Source of the DNA: Octopus sinensis
Taxonomy: Eukaryota
DNA: 64,000 nt
Assembly: GCF_006345805.1 (NCBI RefSeq)
Contig: NC_043007.1
Span: 30,690,001 to 30,754,000, forward strand
Direction: 5' to 3'
Shown: positions 54,166 through 64,000 of the stretch, piece by piece
Layout of the letters: every line of letters begins with the position of its first letter
Position numbering within the stretch: the stretch's first letter is position 1
Translations under genes and position numbers: made by a program
The notes under the pieces: model-generated
Told to the model about the DNA's origin: nothing
The model's database searches: none
Seen by the model: the letters and a program-made list of their open reading frames with translations, nothing else

Positions 54166-54703
54166 TATTATTATTATTCAGTAGTCTTATTTTTATCACG
54201 TGTTTTCACTGCACTATCGAGCGTATCTCTGTGTGCCTAGGATATGTGCTGTGGTATAGTTACTGTATTGACAGTATTTTACGTAGGATGTGTGTGGTGC
54301 CTAGTAGTGCTATTTTTTCTATGTTATATATATTTGTCAGTCCTGGTGTTTTTGTTATGTATTTGTCCGAATATTTTTTTACCATTCCAAATGCACCTAT
54401 TATTATAGAAATTGTTTCTGTTTTTAGACTCCACATTCGTGTTACCTCTATTTCCAGCTCTTTGCATTTTGAAAGTTTCTCCATTTCTTTTAAAGAAACG
54501 TTGTCATCTGTTGATATTGGTACATCAATTAGAAAGCATTTTTTCTTGATGAACTCTGACAACTATATCCGGCATATCGGCCTTAATTTCTCTATCTGTG
54601 TGTATTGGCATATCCCATAATATGGTTGCCTTTTCATTTTCTGTGACCTTTTCTGATGTGTGTCTATACTATCCTTTTTTTTCTGTTGTCATTCCATAGT
54701 GCT
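54111..54703 (-). mobile_element. 5'-truncated R4/Dong-like LINE with (TAA)n tail
   Basis: EKVTENEKATILWDMPIHTDREIKADMPDIVV..KCFLIDVPISTDDNVSLKEMEKLSKCKELEIEVTRMW..IIIGAFG..ALLGTTHILRKILSIQ*, short 3'UTR, (TAA)n at 54111-54178. Confidence 0.88.
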
Positions 54704-54727
54704 GTCGTGTCTGTGATGGCAGAGAAA

Positions 54728-54958
54728 GGCGGCAAACTGGTAGAAACGTTAGCACGCCGGGCGAAATGCGTAGCCGTATTTCGTCTGTCGATACGTTCAG
54801 AGTTCAAATTCCGCCGAGGTTGACATTGCCTTTCATCCTTTCGGGGTCGATAAATTAAGTACCAGTTACGCACTGGGGTCAATGTAATCGACTTAATCCC
54901 TTTGTCTGTCCTTGTTTGTCCCCTCTGTGTTTAGCCCCTTGTGGGTAGTAAAGAAATA
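54728..54958 (+). mobile_element. SINE family A, young full-length copy
   Basis: Near-identical to 60872-61098 and to the reverse complement of 2739-2969. Confidence 0.9.
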
Positions 54959-55005
54959 TATATTCCTTCTCAGCCAGGACTGAGCAGCCAGAGACCATAT
55001 GGTTT

Positions 55006-55052
<47 letters not shown>

Positions 55053-55104
55053 AGCTATTGATACGTTGAAGCCTTTCTAATCATTTATTTTTTTATCATT
55101 TCAG

Positions 55105-55135
55105 GCAGAGCAACTAAATGATGAGCAGATTGCAG
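55105..55135 (+). CDS. CaM-like: 31-nt internal coding exon of a calmodulin / calmodulin-like gene (equivalent to CaM exon 2), encoding AEQLNDEQIA plus the first base of E
   Basis: Branch-like CTAAT (~55077), T-rich tract and TTTCAG acceptor (55104), exon GCAGAGCAACTAAATGATGAGCAGATTGCAG, donor GTAAG (55136). Length of 31 nt and phase 0/1 match the known animal calmodulin exon 2 (ADQLTEEQIA-E). The ATG exon and exon 3 (EFKEAF...) were not found with confidence in the window. Confidence 0.85.
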
Positions 55136-55333
55136 GTAAGCTACAGATTCACACAAGAGAATTATTCCCAACTTCATTTTCAAAAGCATCGTATGCACCA
55201 ATACTGTCATCCCCATAACCCCCACTAACACCATCGTCATCACTGTCACCATATCCCAGTCTACTTGAGCACATTCTATCACATGTCTATTTTCCGTCAC
55301 AACACACTCTGTGATATCAACATAGATAGAACA

Positions 55334-55725
55334 TCTTTATATATAAAAGTGAAGTTGTGCGTCTGTCTCCTACGATTTAGATTCCTAACTACTCCCACAT
55401 TTTGCGGTGCAGTTTAACCAAAACCGGGTATCTTATAGTCGTGATTCATATCGAACCCTTCTGGGTATTAGCGCGCGTCTACGATGAGTCTACGATTTTT
55501 AAAAAATTTACCATCATTTTTTCCATTTTAATGCATTTTTTGCTATTATATAAGGGAAGTAACTCTCTAAAATGTCTACGATGAGTAACGATTTTAAAAA
55601 AATTTACCATCATTTTTTTTCCATTTTTAAAGCATTTTTTTGCTATTTTTTGGCTATAACTCTCTAAAAATGCTTATATAGTTATTTCCCTTACAAACCC
55701 GAGCAACGCCGGGCGATACTGCTAG
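55334..55725 (+). mobile_element. Non-autonomous Helitron
   Basis: A|TC start, CTAG|T end, subterminal hairpin CCCGAGCAACGCCGGG (55698-55713), no TSD; internal ~70-bp duplication (55477 and 55574). Confidence 0.85.
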
Positions 55726-56952
55726 TCATATATATAGAACAATGTGTTCTATAGAACATCATGTATAGCTTCCTTCAACAGAAACAACGCTTCAGTCTGG
55801 CCAACGTTCGTCGTTTAACTGGCATTCAAGCTATGACAAACCGATTACATTTCTGCTTTTTCCTTTTAAGAATTATTCAATATTATCTATTCTGGTGCCG
55901 ATAAGATATATGTGCGAAAACAACTCTTCCAAAATTCGCAATTTCTCGAACGGAATATCACAAAAATCCGTTCTTTCGCTAAATATTTTCACTCACTCCC
56001 TACACGACCTTCTCACGCCATCTTAGGCCATACACACAGCTGCACATGCAGACGACATCGCATTCACATCTTCCCGCTATTTTCCAGACACTGCTGCACA
56101 AGACTACTGCCAACTCTTATATCGATCGCCCAGAACCCTCATTCGAAAACAAAAACCTTAAAATATCTTTTAAAAAACAACCTAGTGTCCCCTTCCTTAA
56201 CAACAACACAACGGGGCCATCAGATGTAACTAATCCTCACACAATAACAACCTGAATTTATCACACACACACACACGCACAAACACACACCAACAACAAC
56301 ATCGACAATAACAGTGCTAACAGTGGGACCGCTAGATAGTAACTCAACCTGCTAGAAATATTAGTTCATTCTCCCTCAAATTAAACATTACTATTTTGAA
56401 AATAAAGTAACACGATGGTTGAAAATAAAGTAACACGGTGGTTGAAATTGAACGATCCCACCCTAGTCTGGAGAAACTAGAAATGGTCTCCTAAAGTTAA
56501 ATGACGCCCACCCCGAAGTGGAACGACTTCAAATTGTCTACACTTGTTGAACGTATCCCACTCATGTTTAGGACAAACTATTTTCGTGAACAACTACTAA
56601 GAATATTTTTGAAATGTCTAAACAGACACGAAATATTTATTGATCGGGTCTTATCGGAGCGAATTCGTTCAATTTAGTTATCACTATTTTTAATTAATAT
56701 ATCAGTTTCTTATTAACTTCACAAACTATATGTGTATCTGAACTCACACACACACATATATATGCATGAATGAATGTATGAATGAATGCATGTGTGTGTA
56801 TATATATATATGTATATATGTATGTATATATATGTGTATATATGTATGTATACATATATATGTATATATTTATGTGTATATATATGTGTGTGTATATATG
56901 AATGTATATACATACATGTATACACATATATATATATGTTTATATATATATA

Positions 56953-57009
<57 letters not shown>

Positions 57010-57073
57010 CATGTATATACATATTGTTTAAAGATCCAATAGAAATAGATTGCTTTCGGTTGCACGTTTAAAT

Positions 57074-57112
<39 letters not shown>

Positions 57113-57431
57113 TTAATAATTATAGGAGTTGAATATGAACTGCTTCTTGTCACATGCTCCATCCTGAACGGTTGCCGGATCATGTAGGAACGCTGTTAAA
57201 GCCCATACGAGTACAACACGTTTCAAGCATGAAACTTGAATTAGATCACGTATAACTTTTCCATTCATTAAATGATGTTTAACAGTCGCTGAATCGCATT
57301 TTTTTTTTGCTGATCCTACAAACAAGCGAACAATACACACGAGCGCATGCACACACACAAACATACACACATACACACACATAAACACACGTACACACGC
57401 ACACATATGTACCTATAATAAGCCATATGTA

Positions 57432-58831
57432 CGAGGTATTTCTGAAAAGTAACGGGACTGGCGTCACAAACAATTTATTTCAATTTCAAACAACAATGTC
57501 CATGGTTTCTCTTTCAAAATAATCCCTTTCCAGTCTAATGCACTTTTTCATCCTTCTCTGCCACGTTTCTATGCACTGCTGAAAAGATCCAACTGGGATA
57601 CCCCTTAGCTCCATTGTTATGGCCCTCTTGATGACCTCCACGCCTTCAAAACGGTCCCCTTAATGATCCCCTTGAGGTTGGAGAAAAGAAAAAAGTCACA
57701 CGGAACAACATCAGGTGAATAGGGAGGCTGTTCCAGTTCAGCGATGTTCTTCTCGGTCAGGAACTGCCGGATGACGAGCAAAACGAAGTGTTTGGGTACA
57801 AAAATTGCAGGATAAAAAATATGACATTTTCATGAGAGATGGAAGGTCAGTCATCGACTCAGATGAAGACATTTGCCGAGCAGCTCCACGGACCCACACG
57901 AAATATATGCCGTGAGTTGATAGTGGAATATGCATTAAGAAACAATGTTACGGTCCCTGATTCTTGGCAAGAAAACGGAATGATCGGCGGGCATTTTTGG
58001 ATATCCTCTAAAGGTAGAAACCATTTATCAATTCGAACACCAGAGGTCACATCTCTTTCTACAGCAAGTGATTCAATCGCTATAACGTTGGCAAGTTTTA
58101 CGACAACTTAAAGAGTGTTATGGACCTGCACCTGTTTGAATGCCACAACATTTATAACACAGATGAAGCCGGGAGTATAGTTTTGATGTTCGACGTTTCT
58201 AATCTTATTTAGTTTTTTTTCTTTTCGGGGAGTAAGCCTCCTTCTAATTTGCATTTCTTGATATGATGTTGTTCAAAACAAACCACAAATCATTTCTATG
58301 TAGTTATGTAAGTGTTTTATCTTTGCTTACAATCAATTAAAATATCACTTATCCCAAGTCGCCCTATGTCCCAACTCTCCCCTATACTCTCACCAACTCT
58401 CACCACCCTCTGGAAGATTAGGTCAAATCACTACCCTTTAAAAAGTGGGCCCTTGTTGTTTCAGTTTACACCCATTTGAAACTATATCCCTGGAATAAAT
58501 ATGTTACAAGTCTATGAATGTTACAAGTTGGTAAAGAATTCTTTCTTATGCACAGAGAGCCCGTATCATATTGAACTGTAAAAAATGACCCAACTCGCCC
58601 AAGGTGTCCCTACTCAGGGCGTTGTGAGCAGGTGCATTTTCGTGACGAAGAAACCACGATTTGCGCTGCCACAGCTCTCGTCTCTTCTCGCGCACTGAAG
58701 GAAGCAAACGCCACAGGTTCTCTTTGTAGATTTGGTGGTTGATCGTCTGGCCTTGTGACACGAACTCACTGTGGACGATACCCATACGTCACACAGCACA
58801 CTCTGGCCCTTTACTTTCCAGTCAGATCTCG
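57432..58831 (-). mobile_element. Mariner (DD34D) element, internally deleted and interrupted by an ~840-bp insertion
   Basis: TA-flanked imperfect TIRs (21/29). GIVHSEFVSQGQTIN..WFLRHENAPAHNALS (58614-58785) continues as IRQFLTEKNI..PPYSPDVVPCDFFLF..WQRRMKKCI..DYFE (57500-57773). Confidence 0.88.
57780..58382 (+). mobile_element. pogo/Fot1-like transposon fragment nested in the mariner
   Basis: CENP-B-type HTH remnant HGPTRNICRELIVEYALRNN..SWQENGMIG..LSIRTPEVTSL, then FYDNLKSV..NIYNTDEAG (DETG-like); terminus ..TCCCAAGTCGCCCTATGTCCCAACTCTCCCC|TA. Confidence 0.75.
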
Positions 58832-59068
58832 TATATGTATATATATATATATATATATACATTATTTGCATATGTATGTGTGTCTAGCCATGCCTTCAAT
58901 GAGATCGAACAAACAAATGTACGACCCGTCCTTGACATCTGCAGAATAAATAACAAAATAAGTCCAATATTACCACACACATCTCCTTCCCCGTATAACT
59001 ACCATTCCTTCCTCTCGCAACGACTTGTATATATAAATATATATGTAGATAGACAGACAGACAAACAC

Positions 59069-59163
<95 letters not shown>

Positions 59164-59182
59164 TATGGAGAAAGAGGGAGAG

Positions 59183-59228
<46 letters not shown>

Positions 59229-59262
59229 GTAGGTAGGTAGATAGATAGATAGATAGATAGAT

Positions 59263-59300
<38 letters not shown>

Positions 59301-59377
59301 GATAGATAGATAGATAGATAGATAGATGGGTATTGCATAGAATAATTTATATTTAGATATTTATACGTACATTTATT

Positions 59378-59413
<36 letters not shown>

Positions 59414-59883
59414 TGTGTATGTATTACTATGTATGTTTCTGCTTGCATGCGTGTGTATGCTTTGTGCATATGTATGCACGTGTGTGTGTGTGTGGTGTGT
59501 GTGTGTGTGTGTGTGAGTGTGTGTGTGTGCTGTGTATATGTATGCATGCACATTTATCTACATGGGTGTCTGGATAGCTATAAGCATACGTTATTGGTGT
59601 TTTATCAGTATTAATTGTTTTATTAATTAGGGTGAGATTTTATCTGCTAATTATAAAGGATTCAAACTCTGCTTTATGGTTATGCTTTGTTTTACCAAAT
59701 AAAATTCTATAGAGTTTATTTTTATATTAAAACTGCAAAAATAGCCAAATTATGGTCACCGTGGCTTCTATGCGTCTGGTCATTCCGACATTGAAACATC
59801 AGCCTCGTTTTGAATAAAATATTGAATTCAGATATTATAGAAAACATTGAGCTCCGTTGTCAACGTGTGAATGTAGAGAATCG

Positions 59884-59951
59884 AGGTCAACGTCTAAGAC
59901 AGAAAGGTCACTGAGCAACATGTAAATCCTGGGGTCAAAGGTCAAATGTCA
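59884..59951 (+). promoter_or_regulatory. Cluster of nuclear-receptor half-sites including a DR1 (GGGTCA-A-AGGTCA-A-ATGTCA)
   Basis: AGGTCA at 59884, 59905 and 59939; GGGTCA at 59932; ATGTCA at 59946. May instead be repeat-derived. Confidence 0.3.
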
Positions 59952-60024
59952 AAAACCTGTTTAAAAGACAACCTATCACACCTCTATATGTAAATGACAC
60001 GGAGTCTGCTATTATCTTGCATGT

Positions 60025-60438
60025 TCTATAGTGACGTAATTGTACTGTGGCCTATAGTGGTATAATTAGACTGTGGTCCTTAGATATCTAAATAGACATA
60101 TCTGTGGTGATATATAGACTGTGGTCTAATGATAGACCTATTTGTAGAGATGCTGATAGACTGCGGTTTATAATGAGGAAGTTACACTGCAATCTATAAC
60201 GGTGCAGTTAGACTATGATCTATAGTGATCTAGATAGACTGTGGTCTATAGAGATTTAGAGCGACTTATCTGTAGTGGTGTAGATTGTGGCTTATAATAG
60301 TGGAATTAGTCTGTGGTCTATAATGGTATAGATAGACTGTGGCCTAATGTGTTGTAGGTGGACTGTGGCCTATAGTAGTGGAATTCGACTGTGACCTGTA
60401 GTAATTTATATAGATTGTGGGCTATAGGTATGTAGATA
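60025..60438. repeat. 26-bp minisatellite, about 15 diverged units, with palindromic core TAGAC-TGTG-GTCTA
   Basis: For example tagactatgatctatagtgatctaga / tagactgtggtctatagagatttaga. Confidence 0.85.
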
Positions 60439-60776
60439 GTTGGTAATATGTTCAATAGTTAGAAACTCAAGTGAACACAAAGAGACGACTGATAGACTTA
60501 AAGATACCAGAAATACTAAATGAAATTTCCAAGAGCAAGGGGACAAGATCCCCATCCCTGATTTACTGAGAAACTCTCACCACTGACTTTCAAGACAGTT
60601 TTATTACCGTAGTAACAACATTACGTTTAAGAGAACAAAAGGAGTGGCGTAAAATAGAAGATTTGGGTTCGAAAACAGAGAAAAGCCAATACGATATGCT
60701 TGGGTAGAATGGAAGATGATCCAAGTAGTTTGTGAACTGTATGATGCTAGTGGTTGAGTGTTCATAGACACCTACA

Positions 60777-60830
<54 letters not shown>

Positions 60831-60871
60831 GACCAGCGATGTGTAGCAACATCTGATAGCCAGGTCGGTCA

Positions 60872-61098
60872 CGGCGAGCTGGCAGAAACGTTAGCACACC
60901 GGGCGAAATGCTTAGCGGTATTGCGTCTGTCGTTGCGTTCTGAGTTCAAATTCCGCCGAGGTCGACTTTGCCTTTCATCCTTTCGGGGTCGATAAATTAA
61001 GTACCAGTTACGCACTGGGGTCGATGTAATCGACTTAATCCGTTTGTCTGTCCTTGTTTGTCCCCTCTATGTTTAGCCCCTTGTGGGCAATAAAGAAA
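60872..61098 (+). mobile_element. SINE family A, young full-length copy
   Basis: Near-identical to 54728-54958. Confidence 0.9.
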
Positions 61099-61642
61099 CA
61101 GATATATATATATATATGTGTGTGTATGTGTGTGTGTGTGAGTGTGTGTGTGTGTGTTGTGAGTGTGTGTCCATTTAACTATCTATATATATACATATAT
61201 ATATATATATATTATATATATATATATATAAACACACATTCATACGTATATATGCGTGTGTATGTATATATTTATATTTATATGCATATGTATATACATA
61301 TATATGTATATATGTATATATATGTATTATATATACATATATATATATATAATATATATATATATATATGTATATATATAATATATGTGTGTATATATAT
61401 ACATATATATGTATGTCTATATATGTATATATATACATATATATATGTATTTATATGTATATATATATATATATATAATATATAATATATATATATATAC
61501 ACGGGGCAGTCGCCCCCACACGGTGTCTGTTTAGGTAATGTCACTCATTTCCTTCTTAAGGCGTTGGTAGACTTTATATATATGTAGATATTTCTGTGTA
61601 TCTAAAGACATTTGTGTGTGTGTGTGCGTGTGTATGTATTTA

Positions 61643-61697
<55 letters not shown>

Positions 61698-62171
61698 GCA
61701 AGTGGATATATCTTCAGGTATGCACATATATGAACGTAGCAAATATGTTTGTTTGTGCTTACTTACTATGAGCGCACATGCGCATACACGCACATACACA
61801 CACATATATATACATATGTATATATATATATATATGCATGCATATACATATATATGTGTGTGTATGTATGTATATATATGCATATATATGTACGTATACG
61901 TACGTATATGTATATGTATATATATAAATATATATACATATATATATATTCATATATATATTATATATATATATATATATATAATAGACATATATACATA
62001 TATATATATACATATATATATATATACACACACGCACGCATGCACATATGATTGAAGAGCATCATTTATCGATTAGGTCCTTTAAAATTGTACCTAAGCA
62101 AAATATCGTATCGATTATTTCCAAATGTGGTTTCGTTGTTGTAGCGTGCAATGCACCACAAAATAGATCTC

Positions 62172-62245
<74 letters not shown>

Positions 62246-62678
62246 GAAGATTCTAGTTCTGTCTGACTGTTGAATCGAAGTCGATACTGATCAGATTTTT
62301 ATAAATCAGCCTGCTTCGATTGATTTGAAATATAAATGGAATATTAAAGTATGGAGAAATAACAAAGAATTCCTACTTAGATTGGAATTAAACTAATGAT
62401 GGTTCCGGGCAGCAGCAGCAGTCGTGGCAGCAGCAGCGGCGGCGGCGGCGGTGGCAGCAGCAGCGGCGGCGGCGGGGCCACTACAAGGAGCAGCGACAGC
62501 AGAAGCAACAAGAACACTGTTCATTCACTGTGGTGGTGGTGGTGGTGGTGGTGGTGGTGGTGGTGATGGTTGTGTTGGTGGTGGTGGTGGTGGTGGTGGT
62601 TGATATTGTAAATATTACATCGAATATTATCTATGCCTACATAACTCATCCTGTACACACACGTACCTACACACACAC

Positions 62679-62774
<96 letters not shown>

Positions 62775-62907
62775 TATATATATATATTATATATATATAT
62801 GCAGCATGTATATATGTATATATTATATATAAAGATATATACCAATGTGAATGCATGTATATATACCTACATATATATATGCACACATATACATATATAT
62901 ATATATA

Positions 62908-62956
<49 letters not shown>

Positions 62957-63279
62957 CATATAGATGCGCACACACTCACACACACGTATATACATATATG
63001 GTAATTTTATTATTAGCTGCAGAAAGTTTAGTGTAAGGGAAGAGAGAGAGGGAGAGAGAGAGAGAGAGAGATTCACAGTAGAAAGTATGAGGTTGTGTGT
63101 GCATGCGCATTTAAGTGCAACTCTAAGCACATGTATGTGCGTGCACGAGTGTGTGTCCTAATTTTCTACAAGAAATATATTCATATTTTCTCTTCATCTG
63201 TTTATTTGCATATCCGTTCATCCTTTTTCATGTCTGTGTGTCTGTGTGCCTGTCCAAGTGCGCGCGCGTGTGTGTGTGC

Positions 63280-63310
<31 letters not shown>

Positions 63311-64000
63311 CTTGAATACACCTGTATCTGTTAGTCTGTATGTCACTACTTTTCATATGAATATATTTTGGTTTACAACTGCATACGTACATATGTATTC
63401 GCACACAAACTTGCGTCCACACAAACACACACACACATATATACATACATGCACACACACATACACATATACATACACACACACATATACATACATGCAC
63501 ACACATTTGCACACACACACGCACACAAGAAAGAAGATGAAGAGTTAATACAGCTCAGAAGTGTAATACTTTGTTACAATCGTTTCAATACCGATTTGCT
63601 GAAATGCTACTCAAACAATTACTCTTCGTCTTATTCCTCGGATTTTATGTTATTCTACGAAATAGTTACGCCCAATTCATACCGATCGTAGGTACTTGTA
63701 GTTCCTGCAAATGTTGTCTAATATTTGAGTGGCAGTCTAAAAGTGTAGATAGCCAGGGGTTCACCTCGTCTAGAAAATAAAGATGCATTGGGTTTTTACC
63801 CTATATGGACATACAATGTGTGCGTGCGTGTGCGTGTGGTGTGTGTGTGTGTATGTGTGTGTGTGTGTGTGTGTATGTGTGTGTGTGTGTGTGTGTGTAT
63901 GTGTGTGTATTGTCTAAGATGAATCTTATACTCTCTAAGATGAATCTTATGCTCACAAATGCATTTCTCTTCATTGCTCGATCTGATTTCGAAGTTACAT

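Noticed and set aside
56397-56448. 23-bp tandem duplication (also 21-bp at 63913-63954 and a 10-bp triplication at ~26768)
   Set aside because: Ordinary local slippage duplications with no further structure.
56605-56645. tgtct-aaac-agaca-cGAAATATT hammerhead-like half
   Set aside because: CTGANGA core not recognisable.
60025-60438. CRISPR-like array (palindromic repeat plus variable spacer)
   Set aside because: Units are only 26 bp, the linkers are mutually related, the repeats are degenerate, there are no cas genes, and the context is eukaryotic.
62405-62600. Poly-Ala/Gln/His coding exon of a transcription factor
   Set aside because: Short (GCA/GCG/GGT)n mosaic without clear splice sites or flanking domain sequence.
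55136-64000. Calmodulin exon 3 (phase-1 acceptor followed by EFKEAF-like codons)
   Set aside because: No candidate found by eye; probably beyond the window.

Overview
AT-rich, microsatellite-saturated eukaryotic DNA. The SINE families and repeat landscape look like an Octopus (coleoid cephalopod) genome; this is recall, not a database result. Nearly all ORFs in the supplied track are translated microsatellites. The one convincing host coding feature is a 31-nt exon at 55105-55135 (+), too short for the ORF track. It has canonical splice signals and the size, phase and peptide (AEQLNDEQIA-E) of calmodulin exon 2, so much of the window is probably intron or upstream sequence of a calmodulin-like gene. 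Two promoter-like islands lie upstream: a CRE cluster at about 35.5 kb and CCAAT/YY1 motifs at about 51.7-51.95 kb. The rest is transposon debris: at least three tRNA-derived SINE families, fragments of RLE-type (R4/Dong-like) LINEs, a Tigger/pogo element retaining a PIP box, a mariner split by nested pogo-like DNA, a non-autonomous Helitron, a Helentron-type HINE and an hAT-like MITE. The most unusual recurring signal is about ten minimal type-I hammerhead-ribozyme-like motifs, typical of Penelope-like element termini. At three loci they occur as divergent inverted pairs, one motif per strand.
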